DNA of 64,000 nucleotides from Patescibacteria group bacterium (GTDB lineage Bacteria; Patescibacteriota; UBA1384; CAJBMM01). This document shows positions 26,696-36,909 of this stretch, piece after piece (within the stretch, counting starts at the first letter, position 1; the number at the start of each line of letters is the position of its first letter). Location of the stretch: contig JBAZWC010000001.1 in the NCBI GenBank assembly GCA_041660565.1, positions 302,481-366,480 of the forward strand. The letters are read 5' to 3'. The translations under genes were made by a program, and so were the position numbers. Under the pieces are notes generated by a model that was given only the letters and a program-made list of their open reading frames with translations, ran no database searches and had not been told where the DNA came from.

Positions 26696-28759
26696 TTACG
26701 GCAATCGGGTTAGCCGGCGGCGGATTAGCCAACCAACGACTGAGATTATGATTAACGTAGCTCCACCACCGATTGACAAGTTGGTCGGGGTAAGTAGTTT
26801 CTGGGCTTGAGTTTTAGTTTCAGTTGGAACTACAACAGGAGCTTCTTTAAATGACGCGGTAACAGCCGTGGATGGGTTTGAAGTGTTATTGTGATTATCT
26901 GTAGCTTGTAGAGTAAACTGGTAGTCTGTGGCTAGTTTGAGTTTAGCATGATCTGCCAGTGTTAAATTGTAGCTAGTAACGGATTTCTCTAACTTTACCG
27001 TCTCTATGTTTGCACCCGACGCATCGTTAATATTCAAAATATATCCAGATAAATCGGCATCGATATCTGCAGTCCAAGATAGTTTAATGATAGATTTTGA
27101 GTAACTGGTAACAGCTAGGTTAACCGGAATACCCGGAGCTAGGTTATCTACTGAAGCAAAACTAACCGTATTAGAGCTTTTTGATTCAGAGGTACCTTTG
27201 TATGCTCTAACAAAGTAATAAAATGTAGTACCAACATCTGCTTTAGTATCGATATACTGTAATACTGTTTTTTCAGTTTTAGCTACGTTTACAAAATCTT
27301 TGGTTTGATCTGTAGTACTACGGTAAACCATATAACCGTTAATAGTAGATGAGGTAGATGCCTTCCACTTTAGAGTAGTATTTCCGCCTTGATCTCCGGG
27401 GAAATCTTCTGCAGTTAAACTAGATGGTACATTAATAAATGATACCGGAGTAGCTGGAGCAGCACCGGTACCAGCAGATACCCCAACTTGAGGTGCTGGG
27501 GTGTTGGCTACTACAACTTGAGGCGCGGCAGTTGCGCTTGTACCCGTGTTACTAGTACCGGTATTACCGGTGTTATTATTTCCGGTATTGCTACTGGCGG
27601 CTGTACTTGGAGTTGGAGTAGGGGTTGGGGTAGAATCACTGCCAACCACCGCATTCACCGTTAGAGTTGCTTCGTTGGAGGTAGCATTGCCGTAAGCGTT
27701 AGTAACTACGCATTTATATTTACTACCACTATCCGAGGTAGATAAAACACCGGTAGTATATGACGAGCTAGTTGCCCCCGAAACGTTGGCACTATTTTTT
27801 TGCCACTGATATGACAACGGCGCCGTGCCCGACGCAGAAACTGAAAATGTAGCGGTTTGCCCAGCGGTTACAGTTACACTAGATGGATGAGATGAAATAG
27901 ATGGCGCGGTACCTTGCGCAGGAGCATTAACTGAAAAAGCTACATAGACGTCTGAATACGCTACTCTGGAGTTATTAGACGTTCTCTCCAATCTCCCACG
28001 CAATATATGTGAGCCGTTAGCCACACCGGTGATTTGGTATGATCCATTTAATGTGGAATCGGTATATTCGGTACCGCTATCTATACTATAATGAGCATGA
28101 TATGTTGGAGCCATTTTAGTGGAAGTATAGCTTATTGTGACCGTACTAGAGGTTAGAGTCTGGCCACTGGTTGGAGAAGTGATGGTAAAAGGCGTCACCT
28201 GATACATACTAACCGCACCACTGTTTACCGCCAATTCTTCCGGGACTTCAAACAAAACACTACCACTACTAGCGTTCACGACTTTTGCTTTAGCGGTTCC
28301 ATTTGCCCCATACGCAGTCAGCTCAGTAATTAACTTTGCTGTAACATGAACGCTCCCGTGATATTTGTCAACGTAATCAAAAGCATTACTAGTAGCCACG
28401 CAATGATCATATTGACTGCCGCTAATGGTAACTTTACTAAAAACAATTGACTCCACGCTTGCCATAGCATTGGCTACGATACTCAAATTTCGATCCAATA
28501 TGTCAATTCTTACGTCTCCCGAAAAAGATGTGGGAGTAGCCGGATCGGCATAAGTATGCTGAGAAACCACTACGTCGTATGCAGTGGAAATATTATTGCC
28601 GTCTGTGGTGCCATCGTTGCTACAATATGTGTAAGTATCAGCCATCACCTTGGTACTTTTTGATAAAATCATCCCGGCAATCGATAAAACTAAAACAAAT
28701 CCTAAAAGCACCAGCGATGTCATAGATCGTGAAAAATATTTTTTATGCATTTGTACCAC
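26696..28759 (-). CDS. secreted surface protein with Ig-like (I-set) and two fibronectin type III domains, TPTPTP/N-G-T-rich linker, C-terminal TM anchor
   Basis: Signal/TM N-terminus; Ig motif YQWQKN...KYKCVVTNAYGNATSNEATLTV; FN3-like W..Y..Y repeats; C-terminal hydrophobic helix + RRRLTRLP. Confidence 0.65.
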   Translation of the reverse strand: MVQMHKKYFSRSMTSLVLLGFVLVLSIAGMILSKSTKVMADTYTYCSNDGTTDGNNISTAYDVVVSQHTYADPATPTSFSGDVRIDILDRNLSIVANAMASVESIVFSKVTISGSQYDHCVATSNAFDYVDKYHGSVHVTAKLITELTAYGANGTAKAKVVNASSGSVLFEVPEELAVNSGAVSMYQVTPFTITSPTSGQTLTSSTVTISYTSTKMAPTYHAHYSIDSGTEYTDSTLNGSYQITGVANGSHILRGRLERTSNNSRVAYSDVYVAFSVNAPAQGTAPSISSHPSSVTVTAGQTATFSVSASGTAPLSYQWQKNSANVSGATSSSYTTGVLSTSDSGSKYKCVVTNAYGNATSNEATLTVNAVVGSDSTPTPTPTPSTAASSNTGNNNTGNTGTSNTGTSATAAPQVVVANTPAPQVGVSAGTGAAPATPVSFINVPSSLTAEDFPGDQGGNTTLKWKASTSSTINGYMVYRSTTDQTKDFVNVAKTEKTVLQYIDTKADVGTTFYYFVRAYKGTSESKSSNTVSFASVDNLAPGIPVNLAVTSYSKSIIKLSWTADIDADLSGYILNINDASGANIETVKLEKSVTSYNLTLADHAKLKLATDYQFTLQATDNHNNTSNPSTAVTASFKEAPVVVPTETKTQAQKLLTPTNLSIGGGATLIIISVVGWLIRRRLTRLP

Positions 28760-28793
28760 CTACTAAAATAAGTGTACATCAACCCCCAAAATT

Positions 28794-29111
28794 TTACCAA
28801 ATCCCCAGCAGATCTTTGACCTCTTGACTGGCCATTATTGAAGGATCCCAAATTGGGTCAAAAACCACCACTACTTCCACGTTAGAATAGTTATTTTTGT
28901 TTAGTTGATCTTTCACTTCTTGAATTAGGCTAGATGCGTACGGGCAAAACGGCGTGGTAAGGGTCATGGTGATTTTAACGTGGCGATCTGTCACTTCGGC
29001 ACCATAAATTAGTCCCAAATCTACAATGTTGATGTTTAGTTCGGGATCAACAACTTTTGAAAGCATCGTATTAATTTTAGGATCTATTTTCATCCTCGTC
29101 ATCCCTGCCAA
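28794..29111 (-). CDS. sufT: SufT/DUF59 (MIP18-like) Fe-S assembly protein
   Basis: DUF59 pattern ...VDLGLIY...TTPFCP; suf operon context. Confidence 0.65.
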   Translation of the reverse strand: MAGMTRMKIDPKINTMLSKVVDPELNINIVDLGLIYGAEVTDRHVKITMTLTTPFCPYASSLIQEVKDQLNKNNYSNVEVVVVFDPIWDPSIMASQEVKDLLGIW

Positions 29112-29525
29112 TCAAGCCAATTTATCCAATTTTGATATACAATCTGACAACCCCTGCCAAGGCAACCAAGCGCACCCATGGCGATTTGGGAACTGAGCTA
29201 CGCCACTTAAACTAATCAAACTGTCTGGCGGATTAGACCCCTTTAAGACTTGGTCGACATCAGAAATTAGCTTTTGAGTTTCGTTTCGACTTTTGCCATT
29301 AACCTCACGACACATTAGCGATGCCGAAGCTTGGCAAATTAGACATCCGTCAACTTGGCATGACACCTTTAATTTACCCAAAGCGACCTTAGCCTGAAGC
29401 TTAATTTTATCACCGCAGCTAAGGTGCGACCGCTCAATTTCAACATCCGGATTTTTTATTCGATCCGCGCCGGTTGGAAACTGGGCTAAATCTAGTAATT
29501 CTTGTTGATAGATATCATTTGACAT
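29112..29525 (-). CDS. sufU: SufU/IscU-like Fe-S scaffold/sulfur acceptor; C-terminus KLDKLA* encoded by ATTGGA repeat
   Basis: Three Cys motifs SCGDKI, GCLICQAS, HGCAWL. Confidence 0.75.
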   Translation of the reverse strand: MSNDIYQQELLDLAQFPTGADRIKNPDVEIERSHLSCGDKIKLQAKVALGKLKVSCQVDGCLICQASASLMCREVNGKSRNETQKLISDVDQVLKGSNPPDSLISLSGVAQFPNRHGCAWLPWQGLSDCISKLDKLA

Positions 29526-30747
29526 ACAATTTATCCACCGCAGTTTTAACCGCAGCGATTAATTTATCCACATCAGACGAATCATTATATATCCCAAAAC
29601 TGGCTCTAACCGTACCCGGCAAACGCAGATGATCTGACAACGGCATGGCACAATGCTTTCCCGAACGCACTGTGATTTTGTTCTCATCCAAAACATGAGC
29701 TAAATCGTGAGGATGTACGTTCTTAATATTAAATGAGACAAGCGACAACTGGTTTTTGCCGTACACTTCCACTGCTGGAATTTCGGCCAGATTTGATATT
29801 AATTGATCTACCAAATCACGATCATGTTGTTGAATTTTATTCAAACCGATTTTATTGATGAACCGAATTGCTTCACCTAAACCAACCACCCCGGCAACAT
29901 CCACTGTGCCCGCTTCAAATCGATGTGGCAATTTTGTTAGCTCAAACCAATCAAACGTTACTTCAGAAATCATCCCACCGCCATAAATCAACGGAGACAT
30001 TTGCTCAAGTAGTTCTACGCGACCGTACAAGACGCCAATACCGGTTGGCCCATACATTTTATGCGCGCTGAACGCATAAAAATCGGCATCAAGTTTGGTC
30101 ACGTCAACCGGCATATGCCCAACCGCTTGCGCGCCGTCAACCACCACTTTTGCACCAAATTGGTGCGACATTTTAACGATTTGTTCAACTGGATTTTGGT
30201 GACCCAAAACATTTGAAACATGCCCCACAGCCACAATTTTGACTTTTTTAGATAGCTTTTTGGCTAAATCGTCCAAATCTATTTGACCGAATTGGTTAAG
30301 CTCGATTGCTACCAGCTCAGCGCCAGTTTGCTTTGCGATCACTTGCCAGGGCATCAAGTTAGCATGATGCACACCGCGGCTAACCAAAATAATATCACCT
30401 AGTTTTAATATATTTCTAGCAAAGCCAAACGCCACCAAATTTAGTGATTCGGTACAATTTTTGCTAAAAATAATCGATTTTGCGTCCCCTGCACCAATAA
30501 AATCTGCTACAATTTGACGATTATCAGCTAAAATTTGACTGGCAAGATTCCCAGCCGTAGAGACTCCGCGACCGGTATTGGCATTATTTTTTTGATAATA
30601 TGCGTCCATTTTCGCTAAAACCGACTTGGGCTTCTGCGATGTGGCTGCCGAATCTAAATAAGCGCTAGATGGATTAGATTTGAAATAGGGGAATTGTTTT
30701 TTCATTTTGGTCACTTTCTTAAAATAGTTCTCACTCCGTTCGAACAA
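29515..30747 (-). CDS. sufS: cysteine desulfurase SufS (group II); true start may be MKKQFPYFK at 30705
   Basis: PLP Lys region SAHKMYGPTGIGVLY, C-terminal RSGKHCA active Cys. Confidence 0.85.
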   Translation of the reverse strand: MFERSENYFKKVTKMKKQFPYFKSNPSSAYLDSAATSQKPKSVLAKMDAYYQKNNANTGRGVSTAGNLASQILADNRQIVADFIGAGDAKSIIFSKNCTESLNLVAFGFARNILKLGDIILVSRGVHHANLMPWQVIAKQTGAELVAIELNQFGQIDLDDLAKKLSKKVKIVAVGHVSNVLGHQNPVEQIVKMSHQFGAKVVVDGAQAVGHMPVDVTKLDADFYAFSAHKMYGPTGIGVLYGRVELLEQMSPLIYGGGMISEVTFDWFELTKLPHRFEAGTVDVAGVVGLGEAIRFINKIGLNKIQQHDRDLVDQLISNLAEIPAVEVYGKNQLSLVSFNIKNVHPHDLAHVLDENKITVRSGKHCAMPLSDHLRLPGTVRASFGIYNDSSDVDKLIAAVKTAVDKLYVK

Positions 30748-30772
30748 AAAATGATATTTCTTGTTCGAGGAT

Positions 30773-31474
30773 CTAGGCGTCCGAGAACTGTGTTTGACTA
30801 ACTTGATTAATAATTTTACTCACTCTGTTTCTACTTCTATTGTTGGCAAACATCTCGGCGGCGGAATACAATCCACCTAAAATTAACTCGCGCCTAGCTT
30901 GGTCCAGCGTTAGCCCCCGACATAATAAATAATTTATTTGATCTTGATTTAGCGGCCCGGTGGTAGCACCGTGCGTGCATTTTACATCATTGGTCAAAAT
31001 CTGTAAAAACGGTTTTGACGCGGCCTTTGCCCCTGGCGATAGCAGTAAATTGCTATTTTTTTGGTATGCTACGCTTTGTTGCCCATTCGCTGTTATTTCG
31101 ATTAGACCATCAAATTCGGAAGCGCTTTGATCTGACAACACCGACCGATATTCCAAATTTGATGTAGTAAGCGGGCTTTGGTGAATCTGGCGTGTTTTAA
31201 TAGATAGCACGTCTCCATTTTGTCCAATCCCGATAATTCGCACATCGGCCGTGGCATTTTGACCCGCCATCACCACTTCAAGATTGATTGAGCAATTAGT
31301 GATAATCCACAACTTGAAACCGGCGCTTTCTTCGACAACAAAAGACATATCGACCGACTCTGGCTGGCTCGAAAATCGCGATTCGATAACCGAAATCTGT
31401 TGCGACTTTTTAACCACCGCCTGATTCAGCATTGCACTTTTTCGCTTTCCATTTATATAACAACGGTTATCCAA
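30773..31474 (-). CDS. sufD: SufD-like protein, short (233 aa, C-terminal beta-helix part only)
   Basis: SufBD family C-terminal similarity; 8-nt overlap with sufB stop. Confidence 0.55.
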   Translation of the reverse strand: MDNRCYINGKRKSAMLNQAVVKKSQQISVIESRFSSQPESVDMSFVVEESAGFKLWIITNCSINLEVVMAGQNATADVRIIGIGQNGDVLSIKTRQIHQSPLTTSNLEYRSVLSDQSASEFDGLIEITANGQQSVAYQKNSNLLLSPGAKAASKPFLQILTNDVKCTHGATTGPLNQDQINYLLCRGLTLDQARRELILGGLYSAAEMFANNRSRNRVSKIINQVSQTQFSDA

Positions 31475-32846
31475 CTGAGCCCTCCATTTCCAAATCGATT
31501 AACCGGTTTAACTCAATGGCGTATTCAAACGGCAATTCTTTGGTAAACTGGCTAATAAATCCGTTGACGATCAGAGACGCGGCCGCACTTTCTGACAATC
31601 CTCGACTAGTTAGATAGAAAAGTTGAGCGTCACCAATCTTGCTCACCGACGCTTCGTGCTCCACAAACGCCGTTGGTTCGGCAACCTTGATGGTGGGGTA
31701 CGTATCTGATCGTGATCGATCGTCTAACAGCAATGCATCGCATCGAACTCGGTTCTTAACTCCGCTATACCCCCTACCAACGTTTACCGTCCCGCGAAAG
31801 CTGGTCCGGCCGCCATCTTTTGAAATCGATTTGGAAATTATTGTTGATGAGGTGTTGTTTGCCAAATGGATTGCCTTGGCGCCGGCATCTTGGTACTGAT
31901 CTTTGCCTGCATACGCAATGGACAAAATATCACCTTTTGCCCCGTTACCTAACAAATACACGCTCGGATATTTCATCGTTAACCGCGAGCCCAAATTGCC
32001 ATCCACCCACTCTACAAACGCATTTTCATACACAAATGCCCGTTTTGTCACCAAGTTGTAGATGTTTTTGGACCAATTCTGCACTGTGGTATAGCGAATA
32101 TGTGAACCGGGCAACGCGATTAGTTCCACCACCGCGGCGTGAAGCGAATACGTGGAATATACCGGCGCGGTGCACCCTTCTATATAATGAACATCACTTC
32201 CTTCATCTGCGATGATTAACGTGCGCTCAAACTGGCCAAAGCTTTCCGCGTTAATGCGAAAATATGCCTGCAACGGCAAGCGCACTTTGGTATTTTTAGG
32301 CACGTAGATAAAACTGCCTCCCGACCACACCGCCGAATTTAGGGCGGAAAATTTGTTGTCATTTGCCGGAACAACAGACGCAAAATATTTTTTGACGATT
32401 TCGGGATATTCTCTTAAACCCGTGTCCATATCGCAAAAGATCACTCCCTGGTCATCTAACTCTTTTTTGATGTGATGATAAACCACTTCGGATTCAAATT
32501 GCGCCGATACGCCGGCCAGAAATTGGCGTTCCGCTTGCGGAATACCAATTTTATCAAATGTTTGCTTGATATCGTCTGGAACATCGTCCCAACTGTTTTG
32601 CGGCTTGTCAGATGTGGACAAATAATAGGTGATTTGGTCAAAATTAATCTCGTCAATTAGTTTACTTTGTGCCCAAATTGGGAGTTTTTTGGCTAAAAAT
32701 TGAGTGTAAGATTTAAGCCGAAAATCTAGCATCCATTTTGGCTCATTTTTGCGACGCGAAATAGCCTTAACCGTTTCGGCGGTAAGTCCTTTTGGTGTTT
32801 GGTATTTAACTGCGCTTTTCATGGTTCCCTTGTCATTCCGGGTCAA
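31467..32846 (-). CDS. sufB: Fe-S cluster assembly protein SufB
   Basis: Strong SufB signature throughout (…[20 protein letters not shown]…). Confidence 0.9.
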   Translation of the reverse strand: MTRNDKGTMKSAVKYQTPKGLTAETVKAISRRKNEPKWMLDFRLKSYTQFLAKKLPIWAQSKLIDEINFDQITYYLSTSDKPQNSWDDVPDDIKQTFDKIGIPQAERQFLAGVSAQFESEVVYHHIKKELDDQGVIFCDMDTGLREYPEIVKKYFASVVPANDNKFSALNSAVWSGGSFIYVPKNTKVRLPLQAYFRINAESFGQFERTLIIADEGSDVHYIEGCTAPVYSTYSLHAAVVELIALPGSHIRYTTVQNWSKNIYNLVTKRAFVYENAFVEWVDGNLGSRLTMKYPSVYLLGNGAKGDILSIAYAGKDQYQDAGAKAIHLANNTSSTIISKSISKDGGRTSFRGTVNVGRGYSGVKNRVRCDALLLDDRSRSDTYPTIKVAEPTAFVEHEASVSKIGDAQLFYLTSRGLSESAAASLIVNGFISQFTKELPFEYAIELNRLIDLEMEGSVG

Positions 32847-32887
32847 TTGGCTTAATTGGATTGATTGGACTAATTGGAAAATTTAAA

Positions 32888-33616
32888 TTATTTATTAATT
32901 TCACTAAACCCAGTGCTATTTACCTTCTGCGATAAATCCGCACCACCGATTCTGACAATCGCTCCGTCTTGCATTACCAACACCCGATCAACTTTGACTA
33001 AATCTAGCAAGCGTTGGTAGTGGGTAATTATAATAATTGCTCGATCAGGTGCACGGTATTGGTTAATAACGTCGGCAACCAGATGAAGTGCATCTACGTC
33101 TAACCCGGAGTCAATTTCGTCTAAGATCAATAATTTTGGCTGCAATACCAATGCTTGCGCCAATTCCAACCGCTTTTTCTCGCCTCCAGACATCCCGTCG
33201 TTTACCGCACGATTAGCGTAGCTTTGATCTAAACCAACCGAGTTAAGCGCCGAAATTAAATTTGACCGAAAACTGGCGGCAGTTACTTTAAGATGAGGAT
33301 GATTTTTAACCGCGGCCCGCAGCATTGAAGCCACGGTTAGCCCCGGAATTTCTATGGGATGTTGCGATGCCACATATATCCCCAGTGCAGATCGTTTGTC
33401 TGCACTTAATTTGGTGAGGTCTTTATGATTAAAAATAATTCGCCCAGCAGAACAGTCGTAATTTGGCGAGCCCATAATGGAAGATACCAGCGTGCTTTTG
33501 CCTGAACCGTTTGGCCCCATTATCGCCACCACTTCGCCTGCTTCAATTTCAAGCGACAGATTCTCAATAATTTTTTTATCACTGGCGTTTACAGATAAAT
33601 TATTTATTTTTAGCAT
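32888..33616 (-). CDS. sufC: Fe-S cluster assembly ATPase SufC
   Basis: Walker A GPNGSGKST, ABC signature, Walker B LLILDE. Confidence 0.9.
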   Translation of the reverse strand: MLKINNLSVNASDKKIIENLSLEIEAGEVVAIMGPNGSGKSTLVSSIMGSPNYDCSAGRIIFNHKDLTKLSADKRSALGIYVASQHPIEIPGLTVASMLRAAVKNHPHLKVTAASFRSNLISALNSVGLDQSYANRAVNDGMSGGEKKRLELAQALVLQPKLLILDEIDSGLDVDALHLVADVINQYRAPDRAIIIITHYQRLLDLVKVDRVLVMQDGAIVRIGGADLSQKVNSTGFSEINK

Positions 33617-33640
33617 TATTCAACTTTCCAATTCATCCAA

Positions 33641-34018
33641 TCAATCCAATTTATCCAATTTGATTGAATGTAATTTTTCAATAATTTCCGCGTTTATTTT
33701 TCTCACTTGAGGAGATGTCTGACACCCTTTATTTTGACAACTGGCGCAATCGGTCAACGCAATCGGCCCATCAACGGCGGTGATTATTTGGGCAAAACTG
33801 ATGGTTTTTGGATCAACTGCCACCCAATATCCCCCTCCCACACCTTCTTTACTCGAAATCAATCCAGCCTGACGCAATTTGTTAGCTAATTGTCGCAATA
33901 TTGATAACGGCAAGTTCGCTTCCCCTGCCACCACATTTAAGCTAATTGGATGGCTAGAATTTGATAATTTAGACATCAGCACCAGCGCATAATCTTGTTT
34001 TTTGGAGAGTTTCAACAT
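33641..34018 (-). CDS. Rrf2 family transcriptional regulator (IscR/SufR-like); C-terminus KLDKLD* encoded by ATTGGA repeat
   Basis: Rrf2 wHTH N-terminus MLKLSKKQDYALVLM..., C-terminal Cys triad. Confidence 0.75.
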   Translation of the reverse strand: MLKLSKKQDYALVLMSKLSNSSHPISLNVVAGEANLPLSILRQLANKLRQAGLISSKEGVGGGYWVAVDPKTISFAQIITAVDGPIALTDCASCQNKGCQTSPQVRKINAEIIEKLHSIKLDKLD

Positions 34019-34194
34019 ATCTAATACCTATTTGTATCTAGTTTTACAGATGTAATAGACGCTTGTCAAATTGGTCTGATTGGATTAATTGGAGCAATTG
34101 GATTGATTGGATTTGAATTTGTTTCGTATTTCGAATTTTGTGCTTAGTGCTTTGTTGACTTGCGCCAACTCGATCCTTAATTCATACTGATATT

Positions 34195-34617
34195 ATGTGG
34201 CAGTGCAAACATTGTAGAGAACGCTTTGTGGAAAAGCCCGAACATCACCTGTGCGTAACCGACGAGTTAAGCGGGTATTTCCGAGGGCGGCGCACCTTAC
34301 TGCAACCGCTATTTCAAAATATGCTCGCTAAGCTAAATCGCTTTAACGGCATTACGGTGCAACCGTTTGATCAGCTTATTGCGATAAAATCCAGCCAGCC
34401 GTTTGCATATGTACATATTGGTGATGGTAGCATCGACGTTTTCGTAGATCTTCCACAAGACAAGCCGATATCACCCAACCTTAAATCAGCAAATCGGTTG
34501 CAGGTGGGAAAAACCAGCCATTATTTTACAATTAAATCTGTTGCCGATTTAACCCCAGACATAATGCACGCCTTAATGTGGGCAAAGGAAAAAGTGGATT
34601 ATCAGCAAAATGAATAA
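34195..34617 (+). CDS. hypothetical protein with N-terminal Cys/His cluster (CxxC...HHLC)
   Basis: ORF only; first gene of a 5-gene plus-strand cluster. Confidence 0.35.
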   Translation: MWQCKHCRERFVEKPEHHLCVTDELSGYFRGRRTLLQPLFQNMLAKLNRFNGITVQPFDQLIAIKSSQPFAYVHIGDGSIDVFVDLPQDKPISPNLKSANRLQVGKTSHYFTIKSVADLTPDIMHALMWAKEKVDYQQNE

Positions 34618-35581
34618 CTATCTACTCGATTATTTTAAGAATTACAAAAAATCGCCGGAGTTTAAGCGGCTGCATAGCCAACTGCGTACTCAGCAAGCGC
34701 AAGTTCAGCAGACTTTTCACCATACCCACAAACATGCCAAAAAATTATTACGTAAACATCGCATTGTGCTTGGACATTTACGCCACGGTAGCACCAAGGC
34801 TTTTGCCGGCGCTGCGCTGGCCAGTAGTTTGTTTGTTGCGCCTATTCATACTCAGACCATACATACAGACAAGGCACAAGCCAAAATCCCCGAGGTGTCT
34901 CAAACATCATTGGTTCCCGGCCCAACTAATCCAAATGTTCACCAAATGACCCAAGATGAATTTAAGGATGCTCTACAGCGCATTATTGGCACTTCGTTAG
35001 CACGAGAGGGCAAACTTACAGACAGTCAGCTTAGCCAAATTGAAACGTTAATCCAACAACAATTTAATCTAGAAATCAGTAATAAAACCGCCTCCGGGTT
35101 TGAACTGAAAGATCATTATGGATATATGGGTGCCGAGCAGCATCTACCAACCAAACCGGGTGACACTGCCTCGAATCACGTTAACTCGCGAGACCCGCTT
35201 GCCATTTTAACCGGAATTACCCCAGGGCGCGGAGCATGGGGATACGCACCCGCCGGTCCCGAAGAACTTAATTACTTTGTGGCACAAACATGGCTTTCAG
35301 ATCAGTTTGGCACCGCCGCATCCAAAAACCTGGCTGGGCAACGCTATCTGGTTATTCAGGCTCCGAACGCCCGCAATGGCAACCGAGTTAGCGTTCAAGT
35401 TACAGACATCAGAGACGCCGGCCCCGGAATTAGCACTCGAAAAGTATTTGGCGGCTCCCCAGAAGTAATGGATGCACTTGGTAGCGCCATTTCTGGCGGT
35501 CCACGCAACGATCAAGTCATTGCCCTGCCAATTTTAACCGACGTTCCTTCAAATCAATTAGGACCAAGGAGTTTCAAATGA
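34610..35581 (+). CDS. membrane-anchored protein with C-terminal RlpA-like double-psi beta-barrel (DPBB) domain
   Basis: Basic N-term + TM; C-terminal ...NARNGNRVSVQVTDIRDAGPG...EVMDALG resembles RlpA motif NGxSVVVRxNDRGP...DLSxAAxxLG. Confidence 0.4.
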   Translation: MNNYLLDYFKNYKKSPEFKRLHSQLRTQQAQVQQTFHHTHKHAKKLLRKHRIVLGHLRHGSTKAFAGAALASSLFVAPIHTQTIHTDKAQAKIPEVSQTSLVPGPTNPNVHQMTQDEFKDALQRIIGTSLAREGKLTDSQLSQIETLIQQQFNLEISNKTASGFELKDHYGYMGAEQHLPTKPGDTASNHVNSRDPLAILTGITPGRGAWGYAPAGPEELNYFVAQTWLSDQFGTAASKNLAGQRYLVIQAPNARNGNRVSVQVTDIRDAGPGISTRKVFGGSPEVMDALGSAISGGPRNDQVIALPILTDVPSNQLGPRSFK

Positions 35582-35922
35582 GCCAACTATTTTACGCCCA
35601 TCTGGTACCATTAGATGAAGCGTTACATCTTTTAGATCAGTATGAGCTTGAAAGTGATGAACGCGATCAACTAGAAGAAATGGTTTACGCCATTTTTGAC
35701 CACAACATTATGAATTTGATCATGCAAAAGGTGCCTAAAGAACATCATGATAATTTGGTAGAGATGATTGCTGTTTCCCCCTTTGATCTTGCCATCATTG
35801 ATTATCTGAAAACTCACGCTCCCGACATTGAAACTGATATAATGGATGTGGGCAAACAAGTTCATTATCAGTTAATCCCGGTTTTAGCGAAGCCGGCGAA
35901 CAAAGATGGAGGTAAAAAGTGA
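35578..35922 (+). CDS. acidic hypothetical protein
   Basis: ORF with 4-nt overlaps to neighbours (operon). Confidence 0.35.
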   Translation: MSQLFYAHLVPLDEALHLLDQYELESDERDQLEEMVYAIFDHNIMNLIMQKVPKEHHDNLVEMIAVSPFDLAIIDYLKTHAPDIETDIMDVGKQVHYQLIPVLAKPANKDGGKK

Positions 35923-36161
35923 TATTAGTTGATGAGTTTGACTGCTCGGAGTGCGGAAAATCAATTGATATTGGCGAACCATTCGTTGCCTCTGCCACCT
36001 ACCCAGCGCGATCAGCATTTCAGTCCGATGCAGTTGGTTTAGGTTACCTATCTAATAACGGCGAGGTGTTGTGCGGTAATTGTGCTAAAAAAAGGTTTGG
36101 AGAGGAAGATTTGGCAAAATTCAAAGGCACTACATTCCATTTCCCAAAACACAAAAAATAA
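35919..36161 (+). CDS. small zinc-ribbon protein (CSEC...CGNC)
   Basis: Two CxxC pairs; operon overlap. Confidence 0.35.
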   Translation: MILVDEFDCSECGKSIDIGEPFVASATYPARSAFQSDAVGLGYLSNNGEVLCGNCAKKRFGEEDLAKFKGTTFHFPKHKK

Positions 36162-36173
36162 TTAACTTCAGAT

Positions 36174-36236
36174 TGTCATTTCGACTCGGGGAGAGTGTCA
36201 ACTCGACCACAGTGGAGAAACCTCAAGAAAGAATCC
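36174..36236. repeat. half copy of MITE-like element (TGTCATTTCGAC...GGAGAAAC..AGAATCC)
   Basis: Aligns to left half of 22372-22497. Confidence 0.6.
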
Positions 36237-36878
36237 ATTCCAGTGAAACACATAAATAATAGCTATTTTGTGGTAATTACTTTATTTGTTCTCGCCGTTG
36301 CGGCCGTAATTGCCATAGTCCTAACGTCAGATCATCAGCAGTCTGCCGAAGCCACTATTTGGCGAGTTGATGCCCCGACAAAAGGCAAAACAAGCGCCAA
36401 AGTTAAGATGGTGGAATTTGGCGATTTTGCTTGCGTCGCCTGCGCCGATTTCAGGGCGATAAAAAACGCCCTGCTAGAACAATATCCAAACGACCTACAA
36501 TATCAATTTCGCTTTTTCCCCACCGCTAATCATCCCAATTCGTACTCGGCGGCGGTAACCGCCGAAATTGCCAACCAGCACGACCAATTTTGGGTAATGT
36601 CTGACCTCTTATACGAAAACCATGCAAACTGGCAAGATTCAACCAACTTTCGCAGCATTTTTGCCAACTTTGCAGTGTTAGTGGGAATTGATCAGAGTAC
36701 ATTTACCAGTGATTTTGACAAACTAAAAACAGCTGACGATGTGGTAGATAAAGACGTGGCAGACGGCAATGCACTGTCGATTACCGAAACGCCGGCTATT
36801 TTTCTAAATGACACCCGTTACGGCGGCACCTTAACTCAGACCGATTTGGCCAAAGCAATAGATTCTCTATTAAAATAG
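36195..36878 (+). CDS. DsbA-like thiol:disulfide oxidoreductase, membrane-anchored (CVAC active site); annotated N-terminus lies in the repeat, true start probably GTG near 36223
   Basis: Thioredoxin-fold CxxC FGDFACVACADF after a TM helix. Confidence 0.65.
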   Translation: MSTRPQWRNLKKESIPVKHINNSYFVVITLFVLAVAAVIAIVLTSDHQQSAEATIWRVDAPTKGKTSAKVKMVEFGDFACVACADFRAIKNALLEQYPNDLQYQFRFFPTANHPNSYSAAVTAEIANQHDQFWVMSDLLYENHANWQDSTNFRSIFANFAVLVGIDQSTFTSDFDKLKTADDVVDKDVADGNALSITETPAIFLNDTRYGGTLTQTDLAKAIDSLLK

Positions 36879-36909
36879 TCTTTTTCTAACTCCAATTGGA
36901 TAAATTGGA

